Assembly (NCBI GenBank): GCA_036795065.1
Contig: DAIRFN010000002.1
Span: forward strand, 1 to 54,640
DNA from: Vicinamibacterales bacterium
GTDB lineage: Bacteria > Acidobacteriota > Vicinamibacteria > Vicinamibacterales > UBA2999
DNA length: 54,640 bases
Direction of reading: 5' to 3'
Part shown: piece by piece, positions 1 through 10,003 of the stretch
Position numbering within the stretch: the first letter of the stretch is position 1
How the letters are laid out: each line of letters starts with the position of its first letter
Made by a program: the position numbers and the translations under genes
The notes under the pieces: generated by a model
The model's database searches: none
The model's input: the letters and a program-made list of their open reading frames with translations, nothing else
What the model was told of the DNA's origin: nothing

Positions 1-1128
1 GAACTTCTGGATCTGCTCGATGGTCACCGCGCGGTCGTCGTGGTCCAGCACGTTCTTGAGCACGTCCTGCGCGAGCTCGATGGTGAGCGGGCGGCCGGTG
101 AGCGAGGCGTAGGCCAGCAATCGGATGAGAGATCCCTCCAACTCGCGGATGTTCGACTTGATGCGGCTGGCGATGTACATGGCAACGTTGTCGGGCAGCG
201 GCACCGCCTCGGTTTCGGCCTTCTTCTTCAGGATGGCCGTCTTCGTCTCGATATCCGGTGACTGGATGTCGGCGATGAGTCCCCACTCGAACCGCGAGCG
301 CAGGCGTTCTTCGAGCGCCGGGATCTCGTGAGGCGGACGATCGCTGCTGATCACGATCTGCTTCTGGGCGTCGTGCAGCGCATTGAACGTGTGGAAGAAC
401 TCGGTCTGCGTGCCTTCCTTGCCCGAGACGAACTGGATGTCATCCACCAGCAAAACGTCCACGCTGCGATACCGCGCGCGGAACTCGAGGATGCGATCGA
501 AACGCACGGCGTTGATCATCTCGTTCATGAAGCGCTCGGACGAGATGTAGGTGAGCGTCAGGGAGGGGTTGTGCTGAACGACGTAGTGCCCGATGGCGTG
601 CATCAAGTGCGTCTTGCCCAGCCCCACCCCACCATAGATGAACAGCGGGTTGTAGGACCGCGACGGCGCCTCGGCCACCGCGCGGCAGGCCGCATGCGCG
701 AACTGGTTCGACGGCCCGACGATGAAGGTGTCGAAGGTGTAGCGGGGATTGAGGCCACCGGGAATGACCGGGCCGGGTGTGGCCGGCTCGGTATCGGCCA
801 CGCGTTCCGGAAGGACCGGCAACGCCTCGGACGTCACGGCCGCGGCCAAGGGTGCAGGTGGAGCGGCAGCCGGTGCCCCCGGTGCCGCGCCCACCTGGAA
901 CACCAGCTGGGCCTGTGCCCGGCCAACCTCGGCCAGGGCCTCGGCGAGCACCACCGAGTAGTGGCGGGGAAGCCACTCCACGTAGAGCGGCGCTGGCACC
1001 CGGACCACGAGCGACCGGCCCTCGTCAACCTTGAGCGACGTCGGTTTGAACCAGGTCGAGAAGCTGTGGGGCCCCACCTTCCCCTCGATGATGGTCAGCA
1101 CCTGATCCCAGATGTTCGTCGTCGGCAT
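1..1128 (-). CDS. dnaA: Chromosomal replication initiator DnaA (partial; the C-terminal end lies beyond the window start)
   Basis: Absent from the ORF track because it has no stop in the window. The reverse complement is open from ATG (1128-1126): [29 protein letters not shown]... It contains Walker [19 protein letters not shown], Walker [12 protein letters not shown], and [21 protein letters not shown] near the window edge. 1128 nt is an exact multiple of 3. Confidence 0.93.
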   Translation of the reverse strand, partial: MPTTNIWDQVLTIIEGKVGPHSFSTWFKPTSLKVDEGRSLVVRVPAPLYVEWLPRHYSVVLAEALAEVGRAQAQLVFQVGAAPGAPAAAPPAPLAAAVTSEALPVLPERVADTEPATPGPVIPGGLNPRYTFDTFIVGPSNQFAHAACRAVAEAPSRSYNPLFIYGGVGLGKTHLMHAIGHYVVQHNPSLTLTYISSERFMNEMINAVRFDRILEFRARYRSVDVLLVDDIQFVSGKEGTQTEFFHTFNALHDAQKQIVISSDRPPHEIPALEERLRSRFEWGLIADIQSPDIETKTAILKKKAETEAVPLPDNVAMYIASRIKSNIRELEGSLIRLLAYASLTGRPLTIELAQDVLKNVLDHDDRAVTIEQIQKF

Positions 1129-1198
1129 TGGCACAGAAAGGAGAAAAAGCGGCGAAAGACCGGACTTCTGGAGGCGTTCAGGCCTGGATATTCGGGCC

Positions 1199-1230
1199 TT
1201 TTCCACAAGTTTTTCCACAGGTGTGGAAAA
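1199..1230. promoter_or_regulatory. Cluster of three DnaA-box-like 9-mers in the dnaA/rpmH divergent intergenic region
   Basis: TTTTCCACA at 1199-1207 and 1211-1219, and inverted TGTGGAAAA at 1222-1230. Each differs at one position from the TTATCCACA consensus. Confidence 0.7.
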
Positions 1231-1323
1231 CTCGGACAGGCGAACGCACACTCTAGCACGCCGATGGGCCTTTACAGGGCAGGACCGGGGGCATACAATC
1301 GGAGGTTCGTTCAGAGGGAAAAC

Positions 1324-1488
1324 ATGGCCAGATCCAAGAAGGGCAAGCGTACGTTCCAGCCGAATAACCGTCGGCGGGCGAAAACTCACGGGTTCCTGGT
1401 GCGGATGTCCACCAAGGACGGACGGCAGGTGCTCAAGAGGCGCCGCGCCAAGGGCCGCAAGCGCCTGACGGTGTCGGACGAAGCCTGA
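1324..1488 (+). CDS. rpmH: 50S ribosomal protein L34
   Basis: [54 protein letters not shown], the classic L34 basic sequence. It is the 3' end of the spurious 328-1488 ORF, and GGAGG lies upstream. Confidence 0.95.
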   Translation: MARSKKGKRTFQPNNRRRAKTHGFLVRMSTKDGRQVLKRRRAKGRKRLTVSDEA

Positions 1489-1489
1489 G

Positions 1490-1882
1490 ATGCCCGCCTT
1501 TCGCGCGGACGAGCACATCCGGAAGCGCGAAGAGTTCGAGCGGATTTACAACACCGGACATCGCCACTCAGGTCGCCTGATGACGATGTTCGTGATTCCC
1601 AATGGTCGGGCTGGCGCACGGCTCGGCATCGCCGCTACCCGGAAGATGGGCTCGGCTGTGGTCAGGAACCGAGCCAAACGCCTGGTCCGGGAGTTGTTCC
1701 GCCATCACAAACCTGAAGGCGGGTTCGACATCGTCGTCGTGCCCCGCCGCGAGATGCTCGATGCGTCCTATGTCACTCTCGAGGCCGAGTTCCGAGCACT
1801 TCTCGACCGGCGAAACCAGCCCGGACGCCCTCGCCACGTCCGTCCCGGCCCGAGTGGGCCTCGCCCTCATTCGCGCGTATAA
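1490..1882 (+). CDS. rnpA: Ribonuclease P protein component
   Basis: Lies immediately after rpmH. Has RnpA-like GRLGIAATRKMGSAVVRNRAKRLVRE (RNR motif) and conserved rpmH-rnpA-yidD-yidC synteny. Confidence 0.9.
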   Translation: MPAFRADEHIRKREEFERIYNTGHRHSGRLMTMFVIPNGRAGARLGIAATRKMGSAVVRNRAKRLVRELFRHHKPEGGFDIVVVPRREMLDASYVTLEAEFRALLDRRNQPGRPRHVRPGPSGPRPHSRV

Positions 1883-2069
1883 AGCCGTGTTTTCGCCATG
1901 GTTTGCGGGCAGCTGCCGCTTCGTCCCCGGCTGTGCCGATTACACAACCGAGGCCGTCGCGCGGTTCGGCCTCGTCCGGGGCAGCTGGCTGGGCGCCCGG
2001 CGGCTGTGCAGGTGCCACCCGCTTGGCGGCCACGGCTACGATCCGGTGCCCCAGCGGCACTCATATTAA
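1854..2069 (+). CDS. yidD: Membrane protein insertion efficiency factor YidD
   Basis: This is the tail of ORF 1602-2069: VGLALIRAYKAVFSPWFAGSCRFVPGCADYTTEAVARFGLVRGSWLGARRLCRCHPLGGHGYDPVP, matching the YidD Cys pattern. GTG at 1854 is chosen as the start, but the start is uncertain. It overlaps the rnpA 3' end. Confidence 0.8.
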   Translation: MGLALIRAYKAVFSPWFAGSCRFVPGCADYTTEAVARFGLVRGSWLGARRLCRCHPLGGHGYDPVPQRHSY

Positions 2070-2099
2070 GGTTTTCTGAGGTTTCGGCCCCCCTTCTCA

Positions 2100-3797
2100 A
2101 TGGAACGCCGCGTTCTCCTCGCCATCTCGCTCTCGTTTCTGGTGTTGTTCTTCTACCAGAGCTACTTCGCCCCACCCGCCCCGCCTCCGGCGACCCAGCC
2201 CGCCGGGGCAGGCGGAACGCCCTCCGCCGGGGCGCCCCTCACGCCGGCGCCCGGCAGCGCTCCTGCCGTGGCTCCTGTCCAACCTGCTGCCGTTGCGACG
2301 CCCGCTCCGGCCAGCACGGTCGTGACCGGTGAGGCCGACGAACGGGACATCACGGTCGAGACCACCTCGGTCCGGGCGGTCTTCACCAACCGTGGGGCCC
2401 GGCTGCGGCACTGGGTGCTGAAGCACTACCTGGACGATGCGGGCCAGCCGCTGGACCTGGTTCCGAGTGCCGACAGCGTCAACAACGCGCTCACCCCGTT
2501 CTCGCTCCGGATGGACGATCCCGCGCAGACCTCGCGCGTCAACGGCGCGCTCTTCCACAGCACCGCCCCGGCGAGCCTGGATGCGACCTCCGCACCCGTC
2601 ACGCTGTCGTTCGAGTGGCATGATGCGGACGGTCTCCGCGTGACCAAGGCGTTCACGCTCCAGCCGGACGGCTACGTCGTTTCGGTGGCGGTGACTGCGC
2701 AACTGGGCACGCAGGCGCTGAACCCGGCTATCGACTGGGGCCCCGGCCTCGGGGATGACATCGCGCACGCCGACCAGGGCAGCTTCCTCGCGCCCAGCTA
2801 CTCGACGCCCGCGCAGGCGCTGGTTCACCAGGACAACTCGGTAACGCGGCTGGGTGCCGCGCCCGGCACCCAGGACGGCCCCTTCCTGTATGCGGGCATC
2901 GACGACCACTACTTCGCCGCGCTCGTGCTGAATGACGGCGAGCAGCCGGCGCCGATGCGCTTCGACCACACGTCGTTCGTGGTGCCACCGAAGACCCCTG
3001 ACGCGCCGCCGGGGCGCTATGCCGCCTTCGGCGTGCGGTTCCAGTCGCCGCAGGCCACTCAGCGGTTCTACTTCGGTCCCAAGGCGTTCGACGACCTGCG
3101 CGCCATCAACACCGAGGTGGTGCGGGTCATCAACTTCGGCATCTTCTCGTGGCTGGCGGTGCCGCTGCTCGGGGCCCTGAAGTGGGTACACCAGTACGTC
3201 GGCAACTGGGGATGGGCGATCGTCGCGCTCACGGTGCTCATCAACCTCGCGATGTTCCCGCTTCGTCAGAAGTCTGTGAAATCCATGCGCAAGATGCAGG
3301 AGATCCAGCCTCAGATGAAGGCCATCCAGGCTCGCTACGCGCAGTACAAGATCACCGATCCCCAGCGCCAGAAGATGAACGAGGAAGTCATGGCGCTCTA
3401 CAAGGAGAAGGGCGTCAACCCGGCCAGCGGCTGCGTGCCGATGCTGCTCACCTTCCCCTTCCTGTTCGCGTTCTACGCGATGCTCTCGCAGGCCATCGAG
3501 ATCCGAGGGGCCGAGTTCCTCGGCTGGATCGTGGACCTGTCGCGGCCCGATCCGCTGTACATCACCCCGCTGCTGATGGGCGCCACGATGTTCTGGCAGC
3601 AGAAGATCATGCCGACCTCGGCCGACCCGGTGCAGCAGCGCGTGATGATGATCATGCCGATCATGTTCACGTTCATGTTCCTCGCCTACCCGAGCGGCTT
3701 GGTGATCTACTGGACAATCAGTAATCTGTGGGCCATCGGCCAGCAGTACCTGACCATGTCGATGATGCCCCCGACGCCCGCGAAGGCGAAAAATTGA
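2100..3797 (+). CDS. yidC: Membrane protein insertase YidC
   Basis: 565 aa with an N-terminal TM segment, a Pro/Ala-rich linker, a periplasmic domain, and a C-terminal 60-kDa insertase core (MRKMQEIQPQMKAIQARY..., GCVPMLLTFPFLFAFY). Confidence 0.95.
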   Translation: MERRVLLAISLSFLVLFFYQSYFAPPAPPPATQPAGAGGTPSAGAPLTPAPGSAPAVAPVQPAAVATPAPASTVVTGEADERDITVETTSVRAVFTNRGARLRHWVLKHYLDDAGQPLDLVPSADSVNNALTPFSLRMDDPAQTSRVNGALFHSTAPASLDATSAPVTLSFEWHDADGLRVTKAFTLQPDGYVVSVAVTAQLGTQALNPAIDWGPGLGDDIAHADQGSFLAPSYSTPAQALVHQDNSVTRLGAAPGTQDGPFLYAGIDDHYFAALVLNDGEQPAPMRFDHTSFVVPPKTPDAPPGRYAAFGVRFQSPQATQRFYFGPKAFDDLRAINTEVVRVINFGIFSWLAVPLLGALKWVHQYVGNWGWAIVALTVLINLAMFPLRQKSVKSMRKMQEIQPQMKAIQARYAQYKITDPQRQKMNEEVMALYKEKGVNPASGCVPMLLTFPFLFAFYAMLSQAIEIRGAEFLGWIVDLSRPDPLYITPLLMGATMFWQQKIMPTSADPVQQRVMMIMPIMFTFMFLAYPSGLVIYWTISNLWAIGQQYLTMSMMPPTPAKAKN

Positions 3798-3805
3798 GAG
3801 ACGCC

Positions 3806-4252
3806 ATGGCCAATACCAGCGAAATCACCGAGTTCGTCCAGACCGTGGCCCAGAAGATGGGTCTCCAGCTGACTGCGTCCGCCGAGGAGATGCCGGACGG
3901 GCTGCGCATCAACCTCGACGGCGAGGATGGCAATCTGCTGACGCGTCGCCAGGGCGAGGCGCTGGCGGCCTTGCAGCACGTGGTGTCGGCCATCTTCCGC
4001 AACGATGCCACCGAGGGGCGGCGGCTGGTGGTGGACTGCATGGGTTACCGGAAGGGCAAGGACGCGGAGCTCCGGCAGATGGCCCTGTTCCTGGGCGAGA
4101 AGGCCAGGACCACCGGGCTGGCGCAGGAGATCGGGCCGCTCAACCCATACGAACGCCGCATCGTTCACCTGGCGGTCTCCGAGATCGTGGGCGTCTCGTC
4201 GGAGAGCATCGGCGACGCGTTCGAGAAGACCGTCATCATCTCGGTCAATTAG
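3806..4252 (+). CDS. jag: Jag/KhpB-type RNA-binding protein (KH + R3H domains)
   Basis: The start is trimmed to MANTSEITEF (ATG 3806) within ORF 3728-4252. An R3H-like motif is present (NPYERRIVHLAV), and the gene sits in the conserved position after yidC. Confidence 0.85.
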   Translation: MANTSEITEFVQTVAQKMGLQLTASAEEMPDGLRINLDGEDGNLLTRRQGEALAALQHVVSAIFRNDATEGRRLVVDCMGYRKGKDAELRQMALFLGEKARTTGLAQEIGPLNPYERRIVHLAVSEIVGVSSESIGDAFEKTVIISVN

Positions 4253-4270
4253 CCCGCCGCAGGGGGGCCG

Positions 4271-5650
4271 ATGTTCTCCACCGCCGACACGATTGTTGCG
4301 GTGGCCACCCCGCCAGGGCGAGGCGGCCTTGGGGTGATCCGGCTGAGTGGCGCCGACGCCGTGCGCGTGGCCACCGCGCTCACCGGCCATACCGCACCGT
4401 TCGAGCCCCGGCGCGCCACCTTCTCGCGCCTCAGTACCAGAGCCATCGATCTCCATTCCGCTGTCGGCGACGAGGTGGTGGTCACCACCTTCCCGGCGCC
4501 GGCCTCCTACACCGGCGAGGACGTCGTGGAGATCTCCGCACACGGGAGCCCGGTGGTGCTGGCCGCCATCCTGCGCTCGGCCGTGGCGATGGGCGCGAGG
4601 CTGGCGGAGCCGGGAGAGTTCACCTTGCGCGCGTTCCTCAACGGCAAGCGCGATCTCGTGCAGGCGGAGGCGGTGGCCGACCTCATCGAAGCGGTGACGC
4701 CGCTGCAGGCGCGCGCGGCATTCGATCAACTGGAGGGGACGCTCACCGGCGCGATTGGGCGTATCGAGGCCGGCCTGTTCGATCTCGTGGCGCGGCTCGA
4801 GGCCTCACTCGACTTTCCGGACGAGGGCTATCACTTCATCGAAACGGGTGAGCTCGCTGGCGCGCTGGACCACGTGGTCGCGGAGTTCAACCGCGTGCTC
4901 AGGGATGCCGGCCGCGGCCGCCTGATTCGCGAGGGCGCGATGGTGACCATTGTCGGGGCGCCCAACGTGGGGAAGTCGAGCCTCTTCAACGCGCTGCTGA
5001 ACGCCAATCGCGCCATCGTGACCGCCGTGCCGGGCACCACACGTGACCTGCTGACCGAGCGTGCCGACATCGGCGGCCTGTCGCTGGCGCTCGTGGACAC
5101 GGCGGGCATGCGCGAGACCGAAGACGAGGTGGAGATCGAAGGCGTGCAGCGGGCGCACGGATCGCTCTCCGTGTCGGACCTGGCCATCGTGGTGCTCGAT
5201 CAATCGCGGCCCATTGGTGAAGAAGACCTGCGCGTGCTCGCGTCCTCCGAACCTCGCCCACGGCTCGTCGTCGCGAACAAGACGGATTTGCCATCGGCGT
5301 GGCCCGATGTGCTTCCGCCATGGGGGAACGATGCGCTTCGTGTCTCGGTGCGCACAGGCGCCGGCCTGGACGAACTCGCACGGCGCATTGGCCCGGCGCT
5401 GTCCGGAGCCACCGCGTGGCGCGATGCGCCGATCGTCACCAATCTCCGGCATGTCACGCTGTTCGAGGGCGCGCGCGCGGCTGTCCTGCGCGCGCGGCAG
5501 GCGCTGGACACCTCCGCGGGCACGCTGCCGGAGGAGTTCCTGCTGGCAGACCTCCAGGAGGCGCTGGACCGGCTGCAGGAAGTGACCGGCCGTCGCTCGT
5601 CGGACGAATTGTTGCGGCACATCTTCGAGCGTTTCTGCATCGGCAAGTAG
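4271..5650 (+). CDS. mnmE: tRNA modification GTPase MnmE (TrmE)
   Basis: 459 aa with a G domain (GAPNVGKSSLFNALL, DTAGMRET, NKTDL) and the C-terminal CIGK motif typical of MnmE. Confidence 0.95.
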   Translation: MFSTADTIVAVATPPGRGGLGVIRLSGADAVRVATALTGHTAPFEPRRATFSRLSTRAIDLHSAVGDEVVVTTFPAPASYTGEDVVEISAHGSPVVLAAILRSAVAMGARLAEPGEFTLRAFLNGKRDLVQAEAVADLIEAVTPLQARAAFDQLEGTLTGAIGRIEAGLFDLVARLEASLDFPDEGYHFIETGELAGALDHVVAEFNRVLRDAGRGRLIREGAMVTIVGAPNVGKSSLFNALLNANRAIVTAVPGTTRDLLTERADIGGLSLALVDTAGMRETEDEVEIEGVQRAHGSLSVSDLAIVVLDQSRPIGEEDLRVLASSEPRPRLVVANKTDLPSAWPDVLPPWGNDALRVSVRTGAGLDELARRIGPALSGATAWRDAPIVTNLRHVTLFEGARAAVLRARQALDTSAGTLPEEFLLADLQEALDRLQEVTGRRSSDELLRHIFERFCIGK

Positions 5651-5759
5651 TGGCGGCCGGGCGCCGTCCGCCCTGGCGCGGCGGTCCTTCCCCAGGGGGG
5701 TGTGGTAGCGTGTGGCAGGCTTTGATGGATTCCTTCTTGGAATCTCAACAAGCAAATAC

Positions 5760-7616
5760 ATGACCAATTTCGATGTGATTGTGGTTGGCGCCGGGCACGC
5801 CGGCGTGGAGGCCGCCTGGGCGGCGGCCAGCATGGGATGCCACGTCGCACTCTGCACGCTGTCCAGGGACACAGTTGGTCATATGCCCTGTAATCCGGCG
5901 ATTGGCGGGACGGCGAAGGGACATCTCGTACGAGAGATCGACGCGCTAGGCGGATTGATGGGCCGCGCCATAGACGCCACGGGCATCCAGTTCAAGTTGC
6001 TGAATCGGAGCCGAGGCCCGGCCGTCTGGTCTCCGCGAGCGCAAGCGGATAAAGTGGTTTACGGTCAATGGGTTAGGAACGAACTAGACGCCCGTCCAGG
6101 CATCGAATGGCTGGAGGGACGGGCGGGGTCCGTGCTCAGGTCAGCCGGCGAGGTGTGCGGCCTTACCCTCGAGGATGGTCGACGATTCTCCTGTAAGGCG
6201 TTAGTGGTCACCACCGGCACTTTTCTCAATGGCCTGGTCCATATTGGACCCGAGCAACGTCCGGCGGGCCGGGCCGGCGAACCTCCTACGCGAGATCTGG
6301 CCGAATCGCTCAGGGGCCTTGGCTTCGGTATCGGGCGGTTGAAAACCGGCACTCCTCCCCGCCTCGATTCAGGTTCAATCGACTTCGTCGCCGGAGAGCG
6401 CTCAGGCGTGTTCCACGTGGAACATGGAGACAGCGTTCCCGTACCGTTTTCCTACGCCACGAGCAAACCGCTGTCGAATCAGGTTCCGTGCTGGTTGCTC
6501 CACACCACTGGGGGCGTTCACGACCTGGTGCGGAAACATATTCACCTTTCTCCCCTCTTCAATGGACAGATAAAGGGCGTCGGCCCGCGGTACTGCCCGT
6601 CGTTAGAGGACAAGGTGATGCGCTTCCCGGATCGGGAGCGGCACCAGCTCTTCCTCGAGCCAGAAGGCGTGGGGTCTGACTCCATCTATGTGAACGGCTT
6701 CTCGATGAGTTTGCCGAGCGATGTGCAGGAGCGGCTGGTTCACGCGCTGCCAGGTTTGGAGGGCGCGCGGTTGCTTCGGCCCGGGTACGCCATCGAGTAC
6801 GACTTCATCCAGCCGACGGAGCTGTGCGCCTCCCTGGAGGCGAGGCGCGTGCCTGGGCTCTTCCTCGCTGGACAGATCAACGGCACGTCTGGCTACGAGG
6901 AGGCGGCTGGACAGGGGTTGATCGCCGGTGCGAACGCCGGCCGTCGGTCCAGGGGCCTCGAACCTTTCGTCCTCCGACGGGATCAGGCCTACATCGGGAT
7001 CATGATCGACGACCTGATCACGAAGGGTTGTCTCGAACCCTACCGGATGTTCACCTCTCGGGCCGAATTCCGCCTGATGCTGCGGATCGACAACGCGGAT
7101 CTCCGCCTGACGCCTGCGGGCCGGGAAGCGGGACTCGTGGGCGATGAGGACTGGGTGCGGTTCCGCGACCGAAGAGACCGATACGAGAGGAATCTGGCGT
7201 TCCTCAGGAACGCGACCGTGAAGCTGCCCTCGCAGGGGCGCATCCCGGCTGCCCAGGCATTACGGCAGCCAGAGGTGCGCCTGGAATCCTTGGTAAAACA
7301 CGGCGACGTGGCGCTCGAGACCTCGCCCGGTTCGTCGGCTGTCGATATCGCCTCGGTCGAGATTAGCCTGAAGTTCGAGGGCTATCTGGCTCGGCAGCAA
7401 CAGTCTGTGGAGCGGGCGAAGCGCCAGGAAGTCCGTCGCATCCCGGGAGGCTTCCCTTATCGCCGGGTTCCTGGCCTCTCGGCGGAGATGGTCCATCGCT
7501 TCGAGCAGGTGTGTCCGGCCACTCTCGGCCAGGCGCTTCGAATTCCGGGAGTAACCCCGGCTGCGGTGGCTGTTCTCGGCGCTTACGTCGCTCGGTACCC
7601 CGATGACCACGCGTGA
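5760..7616 (+). CDS. mnmG: tRNA uridine 5-carboxymethylaminomethyl modification enzyme MnmG (GidA)
   Basis: The start is trimmed to [19 protein letters not shown] (FAD-binding GxGxxG) inside ORF 5712-7616. The family is recognisable along the whole length. Confidence 0.95.
   Translation: MTNFDVIVVGAGHAGVEAAWAAASMGCHVALCTLSRDTVGHMPCNPAIGGTAKGHLVREIDALGGLMGRAIDATGIQFKLLNRSRGPAVWSPRAQADKVVYGQWVRNELDARPGIEWLEGRAGSVLRSAGEVCGLTLEDGRRFSCKALVVTTGTFLNGLVHIGPEQRPAGRAGEPPTRDLAESLRGLGFGIGRLKTGTPPRLDSGSIDFVAGERSGVFHVEHGDSVPVPFSYATSKPLSNQVPCWLLHTTGGVHDLVRKHIHLSPLFNGQIKGVGPRYCPSLEDKVMRFPDRERHQLFLEPEGVGSDSIYVNGFSMSLPSDVQERLVHALPGLEGARLLRPGYAIEYDFIQPTELCASLEARRVPGLFLAGQINGTSGYEEAAGQGLIAGANAGRRSRGLEPFVLRRDQAYIGIMIDDLITKGCLEPYRMFTSRAEFRLMLRIDNADLRLTPAGREAGLVGDEDWVRFRDRRDRYERNLAFLRNATVKLPSQGRIPAAQALRQPEVRLESLVKHGDVALETSPGSSAVDIASVEISLKFEGYLARQQQSVERAKRQEVRRIPGGFPYRRVPGLSAEMVHRFEQVCPATLGQALRIPGVTPAAVAVLGAYVARYPDDHA
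6409..6424. other. parS centromere-like site (perfect 16-bp palindrome) inside the mnmG coding sequence
   Basis: TGTTCCACGTGGAACA is read directly, within codons for GVFHVEH. It is identical to the site at 8284-8299 and matches the known ParB-binding consensus tGTTnCACGTGnAACa. Confidence 0.75.
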
Positions 7617-8265
7617 GTTTCGCGACCGCGTCAGGCGACGGGCGCGGCACGCAAATCTGGCCATAAGTCCCGAACTACTGGCGGGTCTGGAGCGCTACTA
7701 CGCGCTCCTCTCACGGTGGAACGCCAAGGTCAACCTCACAGCGTTCAAACTATCTCCCGGTGGCGAAGACGAGGCGATTGACCGCCTGCTTCTGGAACCA
7801 GTCGCGGCCGCCAGACACCTTCCGGCCGACGCTAGACAGGTGCTCGACGCAGGATCCGGTGGTGGTTCACCGGCCATCCCGTTGAAACTGGCCGCGCCCC
7901 ACCTCTATCTGCGGATGGTGGAGGTGAAGACGAGGAAGGCGGTCTTCCTGCGGGAAGCCGTCCGCGAGCTAGCTCTGGCCGACGCCGTTGTTGAGACCGC
8001 ACGTTTCGAAGAGCTGCTGTCCCGGCCAGAGCTGCACGAAGCTGTGGATGTCGTGACCATCCGGGCCGTGCGAATCGAACCACGGGTCTTGATGACACTA
8101 CAGGCGTTCCTTCGCCCTGGAGGTCAAATCTTCCTCTTCAGGGGACCCGGAGGTAGTCACGTCGCGGAGTCCATCGCGCCCCCCTTGGTCTGGAAGGCTA
8201 CGTTCCCCCTACTCGAATCGCTGCGCAGCCGATTAGTGGTGCTCGAAAAGGTCAGAATCGGGTGA
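7603..8265 (+). CDS. rsmG: 16S rRNA (guanine527-N7)-methyltransferase RsmG (GidB)
   Basis: 220 aa with SAM-binding [13 protein letters not shown]. Conserved position between mnmG and parA, overlapping the mnmG end by 14 nt. Confidence 0.9.
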   Translation: MTTREFRDRVRRRARHANLAISPELLAGLERYYALLSRWNAKVNLTAFKLSPGGEDEAIDRLLLEPVAAARHLPADARQVLDAGSGGGSPAIPLKLAAPHLYLRMVEVKTRKAVFLREAVRELALADAVVETARFEELLSRPELHEAVDVVTIRAVRIEPRVLMTLQAFLRPGGQIFLFRGPGGSHVAESIAPPLVWKATFPLLESLRSRLVVLEKVRIG

Positions 8266-8283
8266 AAATGATCTTGTGCGACC

Positions 8284-8299
8284 TGTTCCACGTGGAACA
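8284..8299. other. parS centromere-like site upstream of parAB
   Basis: Perfect palindrome TGTTCCACGTGGAACA in the rsmG-parA intergenic region, 33 nt upstream of the parA ATG. Confidence 0.85.
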
Positions 8300-8331
8300 C
8301 GAGTTAAAATAGGGCAAAACCCAGAAACAAG

Positions 8332-9111
8332 ATGAGCATCATCGCTGTCACCAACCAGAAAGGCGGGGTTGGAAAGACCACCACGGTCATCAATCTGGGC
8401 GCCAGCCTCGCGGCGGCCGGCCAACGCGTCCTCCTCGTCGACATGGACCCCCAGGCCAACGCCACCAGCGGTGTCGGCTGCAAGGGGATGTCCGCGGTGG
8501 CCGGGACGGTCTACGACGCTCTCACTCACACCGAACCCCCGATCCCGCCCTCCGACTTCATCGTCTCGACGTCCACGGAGCGCTTGTTCCTCATGCCGTC
8601 CTCGCGCGAGCTCGCCGGCGCCGAAATCGAGCTCATCTCGCTTCCCAACCGCGAACACCGCCTCCGCGAAGTGCTCGACCTCCTCCGCCACGAGTTCGAC
8701 ACCATCCTCGTCGACAGCCCCCCGTCGCTCGGGCTGCTGACGTTGAACGCGCTCGTCGCCGCGGACCGCGTGCTCATTCCGCTGCACTGCGAGTACTTCG
8801 CGCTCGAGGGACTGGCCGATCTCGTGGGCACGATGCGGCGCGTGCGTACCGGCCTCAACCCCTCGCTGGACATCGAGGGCGTGCTGCTGACGATGAGCGA
8901 CGAGCGCACGAACCTCGGACAGCAAGTCGCCCGCGACGTGCGTGAGTTCTTCAAGGAGAAGGTGTACGGGACCGTGATCCCGCGCAACGTGCGGCTGGCC
9001 GAGGCGCCCAGCCACGGCGTGCCGGTGATGGCGTACGATGCCAGGTCCCGCGGCGCAGAGGCCTACTCGGCGTTCGCCGAGGAATTCAGACAACGACAAC
9101 AGGCGGTGTGA
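8332..9111 (+). CDS. parA: Chromosome partitioning ATPase ParA (Soj)
   Basis: MSIIAVTNQKGGVGKTTT deviant Walker A; 259 aa; followed by parB with a 4-nt overlap. Confidence 0.95.
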   Translation: MSIIAVTNQKGGVGKTTTVINLGASLAAAGQRVLLVDMDPQANATSGVGCKGMSAVAGTVYDALTHTEPPIPPSDFIVSTSTERLFLMPSSRELAGAEIELISLPNREHRLREVLDLLRHEFDTILVDSPPSLGLLTLNALVAADRVLIPLHCEYFALEGLADLVGTMRRVRTGLNPSLDIEGVLLTMSDERTNLGQQVARDVREFFKEKVYGTVIPRNVRLAEAPSHGVPVMAYDARSRGAEAYSAFAEEFRQRQQAV

Positions 9112-10001
9112 AGGTGGAGAAGAAACCAGCCCTCGGCAAGGGCCTCAGCGCGCTCATTCCCGACGTGACGGCGGGGCTCGAGCCGCCGCGCACCTCGCTC
9201 GACGTGGACATCGACCTGCTCGAGGCCAACGAGTACCAGCCGCGCACGCAGTACGACGACACGCGGCTCGCCGAGCTCGCCCAGTCGATCGCCAGCAATG
9301 GCGTCATCCAGCCCATCATCGTCAGGCGGCTCCCGCCGGGCCCGGGCATGGAGCGACAGCGCTATCAGATCATCGCGGGCGAGAGGCGGTGGCGCGCCGC
9401 GCAGCGCGCCGGGCTGCTGCGCGTGCCCGTGGTCATCAAGGACGTGGCCGACAGTGACCATCGCCAGCAGCTCGAGATGGCGCTCATCGAGAACATCCAG
9501 CGGGAAAACCTGAACCCCATCGAAGAGGCCACGGCGTACCAGCGGCTCGTGGACGAGTTCGCGCTGCGCCAGGAAGACATCGCCGCGCGCGTCGGGAAGG
9601 ATCGCGCCACGGTGGCCAACGTGCTGCGGCTGCTGAAGCTGCCCGAGGAAGTCCGCGGCAATGTCGCGTCGGGCGAGCTCGCCATGGGTCACGCGCGCGC
9701 GCTGCTCGGCCTTGCCGCCGACACGGATCAGCGCCGCGTGGCGCGCGAGGTGATCTCGCGGGGTTTGTCGGTGCGCGAGACCGAGGCGCTCGTCAAGCGA
9801 GAGGCGAGCGCGCCGAAGCCGACGGCCGACCAGGCGCCGCAGAAGGACGTGCACACCCGCGCCGCCGAGGAGCAGCTGCGGCTCGCGCTCGGCACGCCCG
9901 TCCACATCCACCGCAAGCGCAAGGGCGGCACGCTGGAGATTGCGTTCGCCAACGAAGAAGAGCTGCAGCGCCTGTACGAATACCTGACCGAGCGGAAGTG
10001 A
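9108..10001 (+). CDS. parB: Chromosome partitioning protein ParB (Spo0J)
   Basis: ParB box IIAGERRWRAAQRAGL, an HTH region and a C-terminal dimerisation region; 297 aa. Confidence 0.95.
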   Translation: MKVEKKPALGKGLSALIPDVTAGLEPPRTSLDVDIDLLEANEYQPRTQYDDTRLAELAQSIASNGVIQPIIVRRLPPGPGMERQRYQIIAGERRWRAAQRAGLLRVPVVIKDVADSDHRQQLEMALIENIQRENLNPIEEATAYQRLVDEFALRQEDIAARVGKDRATVANVLRLLKLPEEVRGNVASGELAMGHARALLGLAADTDQRRVAREVISRGLSVRETEALVKREASAPKPTADQAPQKDVHTRAAEEQLRLALGTPVHIHRKRKGGTLEIAFANEEELQRLYEYLTERK

Positions 10002-10003
10002 CG

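Noticed and set aside
1129-1323. Calling the dnaA-rpmH spacer oriC outright.
   Set aside because: There are three DnaA boxes but no AT-rich unwinding element, and the spacer is only 195 nt. It is annotated as DnaA boxes (likely dnaA autoregulation), and the origin location is left open.
2097-3191. A 364-aa ORF antisense to yidC, together with many similar long antisense or shadow ORFs in the track: 8233-9099, 9063-10058, 10101-11195, 11310-12356, 13000-13785, 14473-15411, 15408-16538, 18014-19633, 20834-22618, 25486-26322, 33683-34912, 36678-38387, 46775-47908, 51492-52769, 52790-53683, and the 5' parts of 40619-43162 and 44263-46716.
   Set aside because: They lie opposite genes with clear family identity. 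Their translations are Arg/Gly/Pro/Ala-rich low-complexity sequences typical of stop-poor shadow frames in GC3-rich DNA, and none shows a recognisable motif.
3728-3805. N-terminal extensions given by the longest-ORF track. The extended ORFs are 3728 (jag), 5712 (mnmG), 15384 (atpD), 17573 (wzt), 26181 (HAD), 27918 (Dabb), 28118 (basic ORF), 34713 (EamA), 37411 (fabZ), 40636 (lipoprotein), 40619 (PDZ protein) and 53528 (membrane protein).
   Set aside because: The extensions overlap upstream genes or have non-coding-like third-position composition. Conserved family N-termini, Shine-Dalgarno sequences or ATGA/GTGA coupling support the shorter starts used in the feature list.
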